64,000 nucleotides of DNA from an uncultured Nitrospiraceae bacterium (GTDB lineage: Bacteria > Nitrospirota > Thermodesulfovibrionia > Thermodesulfovibrionales > Dissulfurispiraceae), in assembly GCA_963705105.1 (NCBI GenBank), contig CAVPIW010000005.1:192001-256000 (forward strand), in the 5' to 3' direction. The notes beneath the pieces are model-generated. The model was not told where the DNA came from. It searched no databases and saw only the letters and a list, made by a program, of their open reading frames with translations. How positions within the stretch are numbered: the first letter of the stretch is position 1; every line of letters starts with the position of its first letter. The translations under genes were made by a program, and so were the position numbers. Shown one piece after another: positions 1 through 9,692 of the stretch.

Positions 1-244
1 TCGGCTTCAGGGTCTTCGCGAGGATCTTGAGGAGTGTGCTCTTCCCCGCGCCGTTTTCTCCGATGATGCCGAAGGTCTCGCCCCTGGGGACCGTAAATGA
101 GATGTCGTTCAATGCCGTGAACGAGGAGTGGAAAGGTTTCCGCAGGATGATCTCCTTGAGTCTGTCCGCCGGCCTTTTGTAAATCCTGAAGGACTTCGAC
201 ACCTTCGACACGATGATCGCCTGGTCGTTGAACGTTGTATTCAT
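1..244 (-). CDS. wzt: Polysaccharide ABC exporter ATP-binding subunit, 5' part (runs off window)
   Basis: Manual translation MNTTFNDQAIIVSKVSKSFRIYKRPADRLKE...GIIGENGAGKSTLL (Walker A); ATGA overlap with wzm stop. Confidence 0.9.
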   Translation of the reverse strand, partial: MNTTFNDQAIIVSKVSKSFRIYKRPADRLKEIILRKPFHSSFTALNDISFTVPRGETFGIIGENGAGKSTLLKILAKTLKP

Positions 245-1083
245 AGCCAGTCCGCAAATTCTCCCTTCAGTTTTGCGAATACATATGCGCCTAGGGTATA
301 CGCGAAAAACGCCCAGGCGACGGCCATCAGCATCATGGTGTGATCGCCGATTTCGCCCTTGAGGAAGAGGGACTGGTAGATATGCACGAAGGGAAAGACG
401 GGGTTTGCGTACATCGCGCTCCGCGCCCATTCGGGCAGCATGCTGAGGGGATAGAGGATGGGCGTGACATAGACCCAGAACCCGATGACCAGGTTGAGGA
501 TCTGGACGGTGTCGCGGACGAAAACGGTGAGGCAGGAAAATATGAAGCCGACGCCGAGGGTGAAAAGCGCCTGCGCCGCAATCACGAGGGGAAGGTAGAG
601 CAAAATGCCATAGCTCTGCTTCGTCGCAATGACATACCCGGCAAGGATGACGATGGCGACGCCGTGGCTCGAAAAGGCGGCGACGACGGCCTTCGCCGGG
701 AGGATCTCCGTCGGGAAATAGGATTTCTTGATGATCTCGGCGTTCTCGATGAGGCTGTTCGTCGAGCGCATGAGCCCCTCCGACAGGGCCATCCAGGGAA
801 AAAGTCCCGACATGAGGTAAATGGAGGCGTTGTGCGTGCCTCCCTGGTCCGGCAGCCTCAGTTTGAAGATATACACGAAGACGAAAAGGAAGATGAGCAG
901 CATGACGAGGGGGTGAATGAAATTCCAGAGGAGCCCCACCGATGATCCGGCGAAACGGCTCTTCACCTCCTTGAAGATCATATGGGCGAGCAGATGACGG
1001 AAAGTGATGAAGTTCCGTGATATTTCGGCGATTTGTCTCAGCATGAACCCGTGGTGTTTGAGAAGATCTCTTCCCTCCGACAA
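241..1083 (-). CDS. wzm: Polysaccharide ABC-2 exporter permease
   Basis: KEVKSRFAGSSVGLLWNFIHPL and YVTPILYP motifs, about 6 TM helices, adjacent to wzt. Confidence 0.9.
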   Translation of the reverse strand: MSEGRDLLKHHGFMLRQIAEISRNFITFRHLLAHMIFKEVKSRFAGSSVGLLWNFIHPLVMLLIFLFVFVYIFKLRLPDQGGTHNASIYLMSGLFPWMALSEGLMRSTNSLIENAEIIKKSYFPTEILPAKAVVAAFSSHGVAIVILAGYVIATKQSYGILLYLPLVIAAQALFTLGVGFIFSCLTVFVRDTVQILNLVIGFWVYVTPILYPLSMLPEWARSAMYANPVFPFVHIYQSLFLKGEIGDHTMMLMAVAWAFFAYTLGAYVFAKLKGEFADWL

Positions 1084-1182
1084 GCATTAACTTTTTATAT
1101 TACCAAAATGATGGCTGCAAGACGAAGGTCCGCGATCAGGAGAGGTCTGATTACTGCGCAAAATAGTAAAATAGAATCACCT

Positions 1183-3301
1183 ATGTCATTCCGTCATTCC
1201 CATCCTGTCTCTTCGTTTTCGCAACGCCCCGGGTGGCTGACAGGACCGCTCCAGACGCTCTTCCTGACGGCTGCGACTTTGCTGAAGCTCTGGCTCGTCA
1301 GCGGTCAGCACCTGACCGCGCTCGGTGACGCCGGGCATGACGACCGCCTGTTCCTGACACTCGCCGAATCGATCCTGGCCGGTCAGTGGCTCGGACCATA
1401 CAACAATCTCACCCTTGCAAAAGGGCCCCTCTACCCTCTGTGGGTCGCCGCGGTTTCATATCTGGGAATACCCCTGCTTCTTGCGCAGCACCTGCTGTAC
1501 AGCATGGCCTGCATCATCGCCGCCGTTGCGCTGAAGCCTCTCATCCCTGCATGGCTGCCCCGGTATGTGATATTCCTTTTCGTCCTCTTCAATCCGATGA
1601 GTTTTACGGGCAGTGTCATGGCTCATGTCGTTCGCGAGGGGATCTATCCCGCCCTCACCCTCCTTGTCATCGGATCAGCCGCAGGGTTCCTCCTCCGGCT
1701 GGACCGCGCGGTCACCATGGCAGCTTCCCTGGGCCGCCGTGCTCGGACTCTCCCTCGCCGCCCTCTGGCTGACCCGCGAGGAGGGGGTTTGGATCGTCCC
1801 TCCACTTCTGCTCCTCGCCCTCTTTGGAACGGTAAAGATTGTCCGCGAGGGTCGCTGCATTCCCGTGAAACTTCTTCCTTTTTTCATCCCGTTCATCATC
1901 TGTACTGCGGGCGTGACCGGCATTTGCATGCTGAACAAGGTATACTATGGCATCTACAGAACGACGGAAATGAAGTCTCCCGATTTTCTCGATGCATACG
2001 GGTCCCTTTCGCGGGTGAACCCGGCGCGCTGGGAACCCACTGTTCCCGTTCAGCGGGAAGTGCGCAACCGCGTCTATGACGTCAGCCCGGCCTTTTCGGA
2101 GCTCAGACCCCATCTCGAAGGCGGGATCGGCAGGACCTGGAGCGGCATGTTCCGGACCATCCGGGAGTTCGCGGCGAGAGACCCCGTGTTCGCGGAAAAG
2201 ATACGGCCCTATCTCTCCGTCGACCCCGAAGGCATCTGGGACAGGGCAATGGCCGACGACAGGGAAATCCACGGGGGATTTTTTTTATGGGCCCTGCGCG
2301 ATGCAGTCGCCGCGGCGGGGCATCACCGTTCCGGGCAGTCTGCCGCGGCCTTTTACAGGAGAATCGCCGACGAAGTGAACAATGCCTGCGGCGCGGGCAC
2401 CCTTGACTGCGGTCCCGGGAGGTCATCCTTTGCGCCGCCCTTCCGCCTCTGGTACCTGACGCCCGCCCTGACGACGATGGGCGAGGGCACAATGTACCTG
2501 GCGAAACTCGAGGGATTCGATGTCAACCCGGAGCCGAGCCACGGTGACGAATCCCTGTTACGGCCGTTCCGTGAAATCACCCGTGAAAGGCTTACCCCCG
2601 CGCGATACCGGATCCAGGGGAGGGTCGCCGGCCCGCCGGCCCCGATCGTCATCACATTGAGAACAGCCGGGGGTGTGCCGGTGCAATCCGTTCCTCTTCG
2701 TTCAGAAAGAACAGATAGCTCCGGTCTCCCTTCTTCCGGCGGAAGGGACCTGCCCTCTGCGCCGGTCCCCTTCGATGTGACCGGCAATCTTTTCAGTCTT
2801 TCCGGAATATTCCACGCGACGTGGCTCTTGTCCGTCGAATCGGGCGGCGCCATAATCGGGAAGATCCCGCTTGACGGTTCAGTAAAACAGTTCCGCGGCG
2901 GCGGCATCGAGGTCTTCCTTGATTCGGCTGGCCCCGTATCCGGCCCCTCAGAGGCAGACACCCTGAAACTCCGGCGGCTCGACGGCATCGCGTCATTCTA
3001 CCGGATCTTGCTTCCCATCGCGACAGTCCTGTCACTGGGACTGTATTTTTTTGCAACTTTCAGAACGGTGAAGCGGCGGCGCATGACGGCGGCATGGATC
3101 ATCTCGACCGCCCTTGTTGTGTCGATCGTGGCCCGGCTCGTCATCCTCTCCCTGGTTCACGTAACATCATTTCCTGCGGTCTCCCCCCGATACCTGTCTC
3201 CTGCCTATCCTCTCCTCCTGCTCTTCATCGTTGTCTCCCTGATCGATGGCACGGCAACGATGAGGGGAAGGGACGGCAGCGAATGGAGCCGCTGGGGATG
3301 A
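1183..3301 (+). pseudogene. Multi-TM membrane protein (GT-C-like), split by a frameshift near 1708
   Basis: N-part (HDDRLF..WLGPYNNLTLAKGPLYPLW) in ORF 1033-2079 continues as RSPWQLPW..LTREEG in ORF 1613-3301; stop overlaps next ATG. Confidence 0.7.
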
Positions 3302-4545
3302 AAGAGCTCACGATCCTCATGCCCTGCCTGAACGAAGCCGAAACGATCGGTATGTGCATCCGCCGGGCCCGGAAACTGCTGTCCGACCACGGCATCGACG
3401 GTGAGATCCTCGTATCGGACAACGGCTCTACGGACGGAAGCAGAGGGATCGCCGCCGGTCTGGGCGCCCGCGTCATCGAGTGCCCCGTCAGGGGATATGG
3501 CGCCGCCCTGCAGTGCGGCATCGAGCAGGCGGAAGGGGAGTTTATCCTCATGGGAGACAGCGATGACAGCTATCATTTCGACGATGCCTTTCCCATGATC
3601 CGGAAGCTGCGCGAGGGAGCCGACATCTGCATGGGGACCAGACTGAGGGGAACGATCGTGCCCGGCGCCATGCCTGCACTGAACCGCTATCTGGGAAATC
3701 CCCTCCTGACCGCCATCGGACGGATCTTCTTCGGGATCCGGTTGAGCGATTTTCACTGCGGCCTCCGCGCCTTCCGGAGGGAGCCCATCCTTGCCCTGAA
3801 CCTCGTCACGACGGGCATGGAGTGGGCCTCTGAAATGATCATCAAGGCAAGGCTGGCAGGCCTCTCGATGACCGAAGTCCCGATCACCCTCTTCAGGGAC
3901 GGACGAAGCCGTCCGCCGCACCTGAAGCGCTGGCGAGACGGCTGGCGCCATCTCCGGTTCATGCTCCTTCATGCGCCTACGTGGCTTTTTATTCTGCCTG
4001 GCACTTTGATGGTGGGTTTCGGGGTTCTCAGCACAATAATTCTTATGAGGGGTCCTTTTTCAATCGGTCCTGCGCAACTTGACGTTCAATCCCTTCTTGT
4101 CGCATCCTTTGTCCTCATATTGGGCATGCAGACAGTCTTTACCGGCATCTTTGCTAATATTTACGCTCATATCGTCGGTATTCTGCCGATCAATGCAATG
4201 TTCCTCCGGCTGGTAAGAAAACTTTCCCTCGAACGGTTTCTTTTTGTATCCGTCATCTTTGGGCTTGCGGGTATCGCGGGCTTCGCCTATGCAGTATGGC
4301 AATGGTATCAAGTGGCCTTTTCAGAGCTTAATGTACGAGTAACCATGAGGATCCTCGTACCTTCACTCACAATGATCGCTCTTTCAGTACAGGGTTTCTT
4401 CAATAGTTTTATGCTCTCAATCCTCTTTCTTGAGACCAAAGGGACAGAAGAAAGCCTTCTCCTTTCTATCATGAAAAGAGAGCCACGCTTACGCCCTGAG
4501 AAGGAAGATGATACACAAGAGACAGCGGGGGACGAGGACCGATGA
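3298..4545 (+). CDS. GT2 polyprenol-phosphate glycosyltransferase (DPM1-like) with C-terminal TM helices
   Basis: ILMPCLNEAETI, DNGSTDGS, MGDSDDSY, DFHCGLRAF. Confidence 0.85.
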   Translation: MKELTILMPCLNEAETIGMCIRRARKLLSDHGIDGEILVSDNGSTDGSRGIAAGLGARVIECPVRGYGAALQCGIEQAEGEFILMGDSDDSYHFDDAFPMIRKLREGADICMGTRLRGTIVPGAMPALNRYLGNPLLTAIGRIFFGIRLSDFHCGLRAFRREPILALNLVTTGMEWASEMIIKARLAGLSMTEVPITLFRDGRSRPPHLKRWRDGWRHLRFMLLHAPTWLFILPGTLMVGFGVLSTIILMRGPFSIGPAQLDVQSLLVASFVLILGMQTVFTGIFANIYAHIVGILPINAMFLRLVRKLSLERFLFVSVIFGLAGIAGFAYAVWQWYQVAFSELNVRVTMRILVPSLTMIALSVQGFFNSFMLSILFLETKGTEESLLLSIMKREPRLRPEKEDDTQETAGDEDR

Positions 4546-5117
4546 AAGCCCTCGATTATTTTCTCAGGGATTGGCGATACCGCTTAGCTGAACCATGGAT
4601 TCCCGACGGCTCGCGTGTTCTCGACATTGGAGGATATGACGGTTCACTTCTCAGACGCATAGCCCGGAGAATCGCAGTTGGCGTCTGCATTGACCCTCAC
4701 ATCAATGACGCAAAGGAGGGAAACCTTACCTTTGTCAGGTCCAATATTACCAGCGTGATCCCTTATCCAGATGCTTCGTTTAATGTCGTCACTATGCTTG
4801 CGGTTTTCGAACATCTGTCCGCCAACCGGTTCAGCATTGCCGACGAGGTCGCCCGTGTTCTGGCAGCTAAGGGAACGGTCGTCCTGACCGTCCCGAGCGA
4901 TAAGGTTGATCATATCCTGAATCTACTGAAAGCCTTTCATCTTGTCGATGGCATGTCTGCCGAAGAGCACGACCACTTCAACCCTTATGATACGGCCCCT
5001 ATATTTGAGACCCGTGGGTTTCGGTTGAAGCGGCATAAACGCTTTCAGTTTGGACTGAACAATCTTTTTGTCTTCGAAAAAACAAAAACGCAAGAAATTG
5101 ATGAAGACAAGCGATAG
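4542..5117 (+). CDS. Class I SAM-dependent methyltransferase
   Basis: VLDIGGYDG motif I, LAVFEHL. Confidence 0.8.
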   Translation: MKALDYFLRDWRYRLAEPWIPDGSRVLDIGGYDGSLLRRIARRIAVGVCIDPHINDAKEGNLTFVRSNITSVIPYPDASFNVVTMLAVFEHLSANRFSIADEVARVLAAKGTVVLTVPSDKVDHILNLLKAFHLVDGMSAEEHDHFNPYDTAPIFETRGFRLKRHKRFQFGLNNLFVFEKTKTQEIDEDKR

Positions 5118-5217
5118 TCTCGCGGGGCAATTGAGGATACTCAGAATTGACTCGCCGGTTCATCTGCATGGATCCTCGATGGATTTCTGATTCTGAAATG
5201 TGCTGCTGAAATCTCTC

Positions 5218-5450
5218 GTGTCCACAATAAAATACAGCGAAACCTTGAAGACGGGGATAGGGTTTGGTTTCTGAAGCAAAATTCACGGGCAACCTTCACG
5301 GCGGCGGGAGTCGAGGCGGAAGCCGAAGCGGGAGCCGCACAGGTGGACGTGCAAGAACGTGTATCTTCATAACAAAACATGTACAAGCGCAGAGGTAGTT
5401 TATTTGCGAAGAAATCATGCCCTATCCCCGTTCCAGATTATTTTGGACAG
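5218..5450. mobile_element. MITE-like element family A, copy 1
   Basis: TIR TGTCCA(C/A)AAT...ATTTTGGACA; shared core GGTTTCTGAAGCAAAATTCACGGG and GGCGGCGGGAGTCGA. Confidence 0.8.
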
Positions 5451-5491
5451 CAATGTTCTGAAATACTATAATGAAGTCATGGAGACCGCGG

Positions 5492-5818
5492 ATGCTAACG
5501 GAAACCGACAAGAAAACGATTGATGATTACAGTATCCAGTGGACACGCTTCACCGACAACTCTGGTTACTACGGATCTGTTGAGCTGCTCCAGGATATCT
5601 TCGGTCCCCTTTTATCGGTTGAGTCAGTCAAGGATCAAGAAGTTTGCGACATCGGCAGTGGCACCGGGCGAGTGGTGAATATGCTTCTCGATGCAGGTGC
5701 CCGTCAGGTGGTCGCAGTTGATCCTTCAGATGCCTTTTATATACTTGCGAACAATATAGAAAATCGAAAAGACAGGATGGAACTGGACGGTGTTGGGCCA
5801 CAAGCCTTCCCACGATGA
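5492..5818 (+). pseudogene. Truncated class I SAM methyltransferase (N-terminal half)
   Basis: QWTRFTDNSGYYGS, DIGSGTGR motif I, then abrupt loss of domain after about 5775. Confidence 0.65.
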
Positions 5819-5966
5819 CCAGAGGCATAGAACGGACAGATGATCGTCTCCAGATCCGGTTCGGTCACTATTAGAGAGCACTCCGGACACAGTCTTGTGA
5901 GCCTTCGGGCATGGCTCTGTGAGAGCACGTGAAAAGATCGGGAACGAAAAAACGAGAGGAACAGGG

Positions 5967-6665
5967 ATGTCCTGGGATCTAAGCCTTCCCGAGGCCCGGT
6001 CGGTCATCGTTCTGGCTCCCCATCCCGACGATGAGGCGCTGGGCTGCGGCGGCACTCTTTCGCTCCTCAACGGCAGGGGCGTGTCGTCGTCGGTCGTCTT
6101 TCTTACCTGCGGGGAGCGTCTCCGCGGCGAGCCCGATGCGGAGATCGCGGCGCAGCGCGTCACCGAGGCCCGCGCGGTCTCATCCCTCCTCGGCTGCGCA
6201 GAGCCCCTCTTTCTCTACCTCCCCGACGGCGACGTAGCCGGCCACACTGTTGAAGCAGGGGAATCCGTGGCGGAAATCATCGGCGCTGTAAAACCGGACA
6301 TCGTCTTTGCCCCCTCGCCCGTGGACTATCACAGCGACCATCTCGCCACGGCGGCCATCGCCCTGAAATGCCTCGACCGGTTCCGGTCCTTCAGGCTCGC
6401 CTTTTATGAAGTCTATGGGACTGTCCGGTTCAACCGTCTCATCGATATCGGAGATATAGTCGAGGTGAAGAAAAGGGCGCTCATGGCATACAGAAAGAGT
6501 CTCTATGGGATACCCGGCATTTACACCCATGCGATCCTGGGTCTGAACGCCCAGCGGTCCTTCTTCGTCCAGCGACAATCATACTACGAGGCGTTCTGGA
6601 TGATCGACAGGCCGCTTACGGAAGATGAAATCTCCGACTGGCTCCTTTACAGGACGAAACGGTAG
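5967..6665 (+). CDS. PIG-L/LmbE family deacetylase
   Basis: LAPHPDDEALGCGG and HSDH motifs; GAGAGGA RBS before ATG 5967. Confidence 0.9.
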   Translation: MSWDLSLPEARSVIVLAPHPDDEALGCGGTLSLLNGRGVSSSVVFLTCGERLRGEPDAEIAAQRVTEARAVSSLLGCAEPLFLYLPDGDVAGHTVEAGESVAEIIGAVKPDIVFAPSPVDYHSDHLATAAIALKCLDRFRSFRLAFYEVYGTVRFNRLIDIGDIVEVKKRALMAYRKSLYGIPGIYTHAILGLNAQRSFFVQRQSYYEAFWMIDRPLTEDEISDWLLYRTKR

Positions 6666-6677
6666 CGCAGGGACTCA

Positions 6678-6910
6678 AACCTTCCAGTTGTATGAAAAGG
6701 CGGTACAAAGTGCCTCAAAGCCTTGCTGATAGCGAGAATGATCATTTGAAAATGGAGATTCGGGATCCCATCTCTTTGTGCGGTCAACCGTGGGCCACAA
6801 ACGATCCTCATGGGACGGCAAAGGTTTCGCAGCACCAAGGCTTTTCGGCATCTTCGCCCCGCCTTTCCGGCAATCCTATTGCAGCGAAAAGGTAAACCTT
6901 ATCGTTGCAT
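6678..6910. mobile_element. MITE-like element family B, copy 1
   Basis: CAGTTGTATGAAAAGGCGG...CTTCGCCCCGCCTTTCC inverted ends; homologous to 18974-19186 in reverse. Confidence 0.75.
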
Positions 6911-6931
6911 ACGCTCTTGGAAAGACAGGGG

Positions 6932-7738
6932 TCATGCGCCGAAAAGATAGTGCTTTCTGTAGAACCTTGCAAGCCCGCGCAAGAACTCGATCCTCTTTCT
7001 GAAACCCAGTGATGCCGTTGTGGCGCCGTGATGATGGATCGCCCTCGCTCCCGTGCAGAGATAGATCTTCCATCGCGTGTCCCTGTAAAGCCTGAAGCAC
7101 CAGTCGACGTCATTGAAGAAGATCGGGAATCCCTCGTCCATCGGACCAACCTCTTCCCAGCATCGCCGTCTGATCGCGAGAACAGACGCCATGGGCTGCT
7201 CGACGACGCCGCCCCGGAGGTGCTCATGCTCAACGAGTTTCCATCGCCGGAACGAACCGATGCGGTCGATTCCAAAAGCCTCCAGCACGAGGGCCTGCGG
7301 TGTCGGGAACCTTCTGCACGAAACCTGCAGCCTCCCGTCCGGATAGGAGAGAAGAGGGGCTACAGCCCCTGCATCATCATGTTCATCGAGACAAGAGTTG
7401 AGTCCGGCGGCGGTCCCCTCCAGCAGTCTCACATCATTGTTCAAAAGGTAGAGAACGTCGCCCCGCGACAGCGCGGCTCCCTGATTGACCGCCGGCGCAT
7501 ACCCGCGGTTGGTGTCGTTCCCGATCCACCGCACCCCGGAGAATGAGCCTGCTATGAGACGGTCGCTGCCGTCCGTCGACCCGTTATCAACGACGATGAT
7601 CTCAAATCGACCCGCCTGCATCGTTTCATGAATCGACTTTATGCATGCATGGAGGAGGTCCTTCCGGTTCCAGTTCGGGATGATGAAAGAGATGAGAGAT
7701 CCGGTGACCAGGCCGTTGTTCCCGTTGCCGCCCGTCAT
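6932..7738 (-). CDS. GT2 glycosyltransferase (WbbL/rhamnosyltransferase-like)
   Basis: IIPNWN, DNGSTDGS, LLNNDV, FFNDVDWC; ATGA overlap. Confidence 0.85.
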   Translation of the reverse strand: MTGGNGNNGLVTGSLISFIIPNWNRKDLLHACIKSIHETMQAGRFEIIVVDNGSTDGSDRLIAGSFSGVRWIGNDTNRGYAPAVNQGAALSRGDVLYLLNNDVRLLEGTAAGLNSCLDEHDDAGAVAPLLSYPDGRLQVSCRRFPTPQALVLEAFGIDRIGSFRRWKLVEHEHLRGGVVEQPMASVLAIRRRCWEEVGPMDEGFPIFFNDVDWCFRLYRDTRWKIYLCTGARAIHHHGATTASLGFRKRIEFLRGLARFYRKHYLFGA

Positions 7739-8583
7739 CGCCATGACCGGTATCCCCGCCAGTACTGCAGGTAGGCATAGCACTTCACGAAGGGCAGCAT
7801 AAGGAGATGGCCCACGTACCCCTTTCTGAGAAAGAAGATGCCGTGCCCTGCAAGGTCCTGCAGGACATAGCTTATCTTCCCGCGGGCCGATCCGACCCTG
7901 TCCGTAACAGACAGACGGTACCTGCTTTCCATGTACCGGAACGCCCTGCCGTCCCGGTATGCCGTTGCTGCAATGCGTCTGAGGGAAAAGGGGTGACTAT
8001 GATGAACCGGGGCGTCGGGAGCATAGCGGAAGACGTATCGCTCACAGGTGAGCCGATACCACAGGTAATCCTCCCAGCTCGGGATCTCTTCGTCGAACTT
8101 CACCTCGTCCCACATCGATTTCAGAAAGGCGCAGTTCGCGTTGGAAAAGGGTACCCTCCCGTCAGGTGCCCCGTACTCAGGAAACCTCCTGAGCAGGAAG
8201 AGCTCTTCAAAGGGATTTCTACCGCTAACCGGCACCTGACGCCCATATGTGGCCTGTGCCTCCCCTGACCTGACCGGGCCCGTCAGTGCGTCAAACCACC
8301 GGTCGTGGCAGGGTGTACAGTGAGCGGAGAGGCAGCAGATGATATCGGCTGAGGTGCTTCGTATGCCGTAGTTGAGTGCATAGCCGAAGGTGAACCTCTC
8401 CGGTGGTATGGCAACAATCCTGACAGGAAAGGACCGCGCAATGTCCAGGGTCCGGTCCTTCGATCCGGAGTCGACAAGGACGACCTCGAAGGCGCCGTCG
8501 CACTTCTGGGAGAAGATACTCCCCAGGACCTCGCCGATTGATTCCTCCTCATTTTTCGCCCTGATGATGATGGAGGTGTTCAC
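7735..8583 (-). CDS. GT2 glycosyltransferase
   Basis: SIIIRAKNEE, VDSGSKDRT, FSNANCA; GTG start chosen. Confidence 0.85.
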   Translation of the reverse strand: MNTSIIIRAKNEEESIGEVLGSIFSQKCDGAFEVVLVDSGSKDRTLDIARSFPVRIVAIPPERFTFGYALNYGIRSTSADIICCLSAHCTPCHDRWFDALTGPVRSGEAQATYGRQVPVSGRNPFEELFLLRRFPEYGAPDGRVPFSNANCAFLKSMWDEVKFDEEIPSWEDYLWYRLTCERYVFRYAPDAPVHHSHPFSLRRIAATAYRDGRAFRYMESRYRLSVTDRVGSARGKISYVLQDLAGHGIFFLRKGYVGHLLMLPFVKCYAYLQYWRGYRSWR

Positions 8584-8614
8584 GGCAGGCGGTTGGCGCA
8601 GAGTGTGATGCTTC

Positions 8615-9601
8615 TCACCGCCCTGACCGCTCCCCGTCCTTCGCGTCCCCGCCCTTCGCGCCCTCCTCCCCGAAATTGTAGCGTTCACTGACGATGAAGA
8701 GGGGTCTCCTCTTCACCTCCATGTAAATCTTTCCGATGTACTCGCCGATGAGACCGAGGAAGAAGATATTGAGCCCTCCGATGAGCAGCAGGGGGATGAC
8801 CGTCGAGGCCCAGCCCGGCATGACGTCGCCGGCCATCCAGGCAGATGAGGCCCAGACAATGAGGATGCCTGCAAACAGCGATATGAAGAAACCCGTGGCC
8901 GACGCGATTCTCAGCGGCTTTCTGCTGAATGACGTCATCCCCTCCCAGGCGAAGGAGAGCATCTTCCGCAAAGGATACTTCGTCTCACCGGCAAACCGCT
9001 CCCGCCTGTCAAAGGGAACGATCGCATGCCTGAATCCCATATAAGGGAAGATGCCCCGGAGAAAGATGTTCACCTCCGGAAATCTCCTGAACTCCTCGAC
9101 GACCTTCCGGGATATGAGGCGGTAATCTGCATGGTCGTAAATGATGTCCACGCCCATGAATTTCATGAGCCTGTAAAAAAAACGGGCCGTCCACCTCTTG
9201 AACAACGTGTCGGTGCTCCTCGTCCTCCTGACGGCATAGACGATATCGTTGCCTTCCCTGAATTTTGCTACCATCTCCCCGACCAGTTCCGGGGGGTCCT
9301 GGAGATCCGCATCGAGGCTCACGACGGCGTCGCCGGAAGAGTGAAGAATGCCGGCGGCCAGTGCCGGCTGGTGGCCGTAGTTCCTGCTGAAGGAGAGCAC
9401 CTTGACCGTTTTGGATGCTTCTGCGAGCCTTCTCAGTATGGGCATGGTGCCGTCCTTCGACCCGTCATCGATATAGACGATTTCGTATTCATCAACGGAG
9501 CCGGCCCGCACCAGCCCGTTGAGCAGGCCCGAGAGAGTCTCGTGGGTGGTCCCGATGACAGCCTCTTCGTTATAAACGGGTATGACGACGCTCAGTTTCA
9601 T
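8615..9601 (-). CDS. Bactoprenol glycosyltransferase, GtrB/CsbB-like
   Basis: VIPVYNEE, SRNYGHQPA, LDADLQDPPE, EYIGKIYMEVKRRP, two TM helices. Confidence 0.9.
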   Translation of the reverse strand: MKLSVVIPVYNEEAVIGTTHETLSGLLNGLVRAGSVDEYEIVYIDDGSKDGTMPILRRLAEASKTVKVLSFSRNYGHQPALAAGILHSSGDAVVSLDADLQDPPELVGEMVAKFREGNDIVYAVRRTRSTDTLFKRWTARFFYRLMKFMGVDIIYDHADYRLISRKVVEEFRRFPEVNIFLRGIFPYMGFRHAIVPFDRRERFAGETKYPLRKMLSFAWEGMTSFSRKPLRIASATGFFISLFAGILIVWASSAWMAGDVMPGWASTVIPLLLIGGLNIFFLGLIGEYIGKIYMEVKRRPLFIVSERYNFGEEGAKGGDAKDGERSGR

Positions 9602-9692
9602 GGATTCATCAGACTGACATAAACGGTAAGTTTCTTTGTATTATAGAGATGCCTCCGCAATTACTCAAGGTGATTGACCATGGCGCAGGGGA

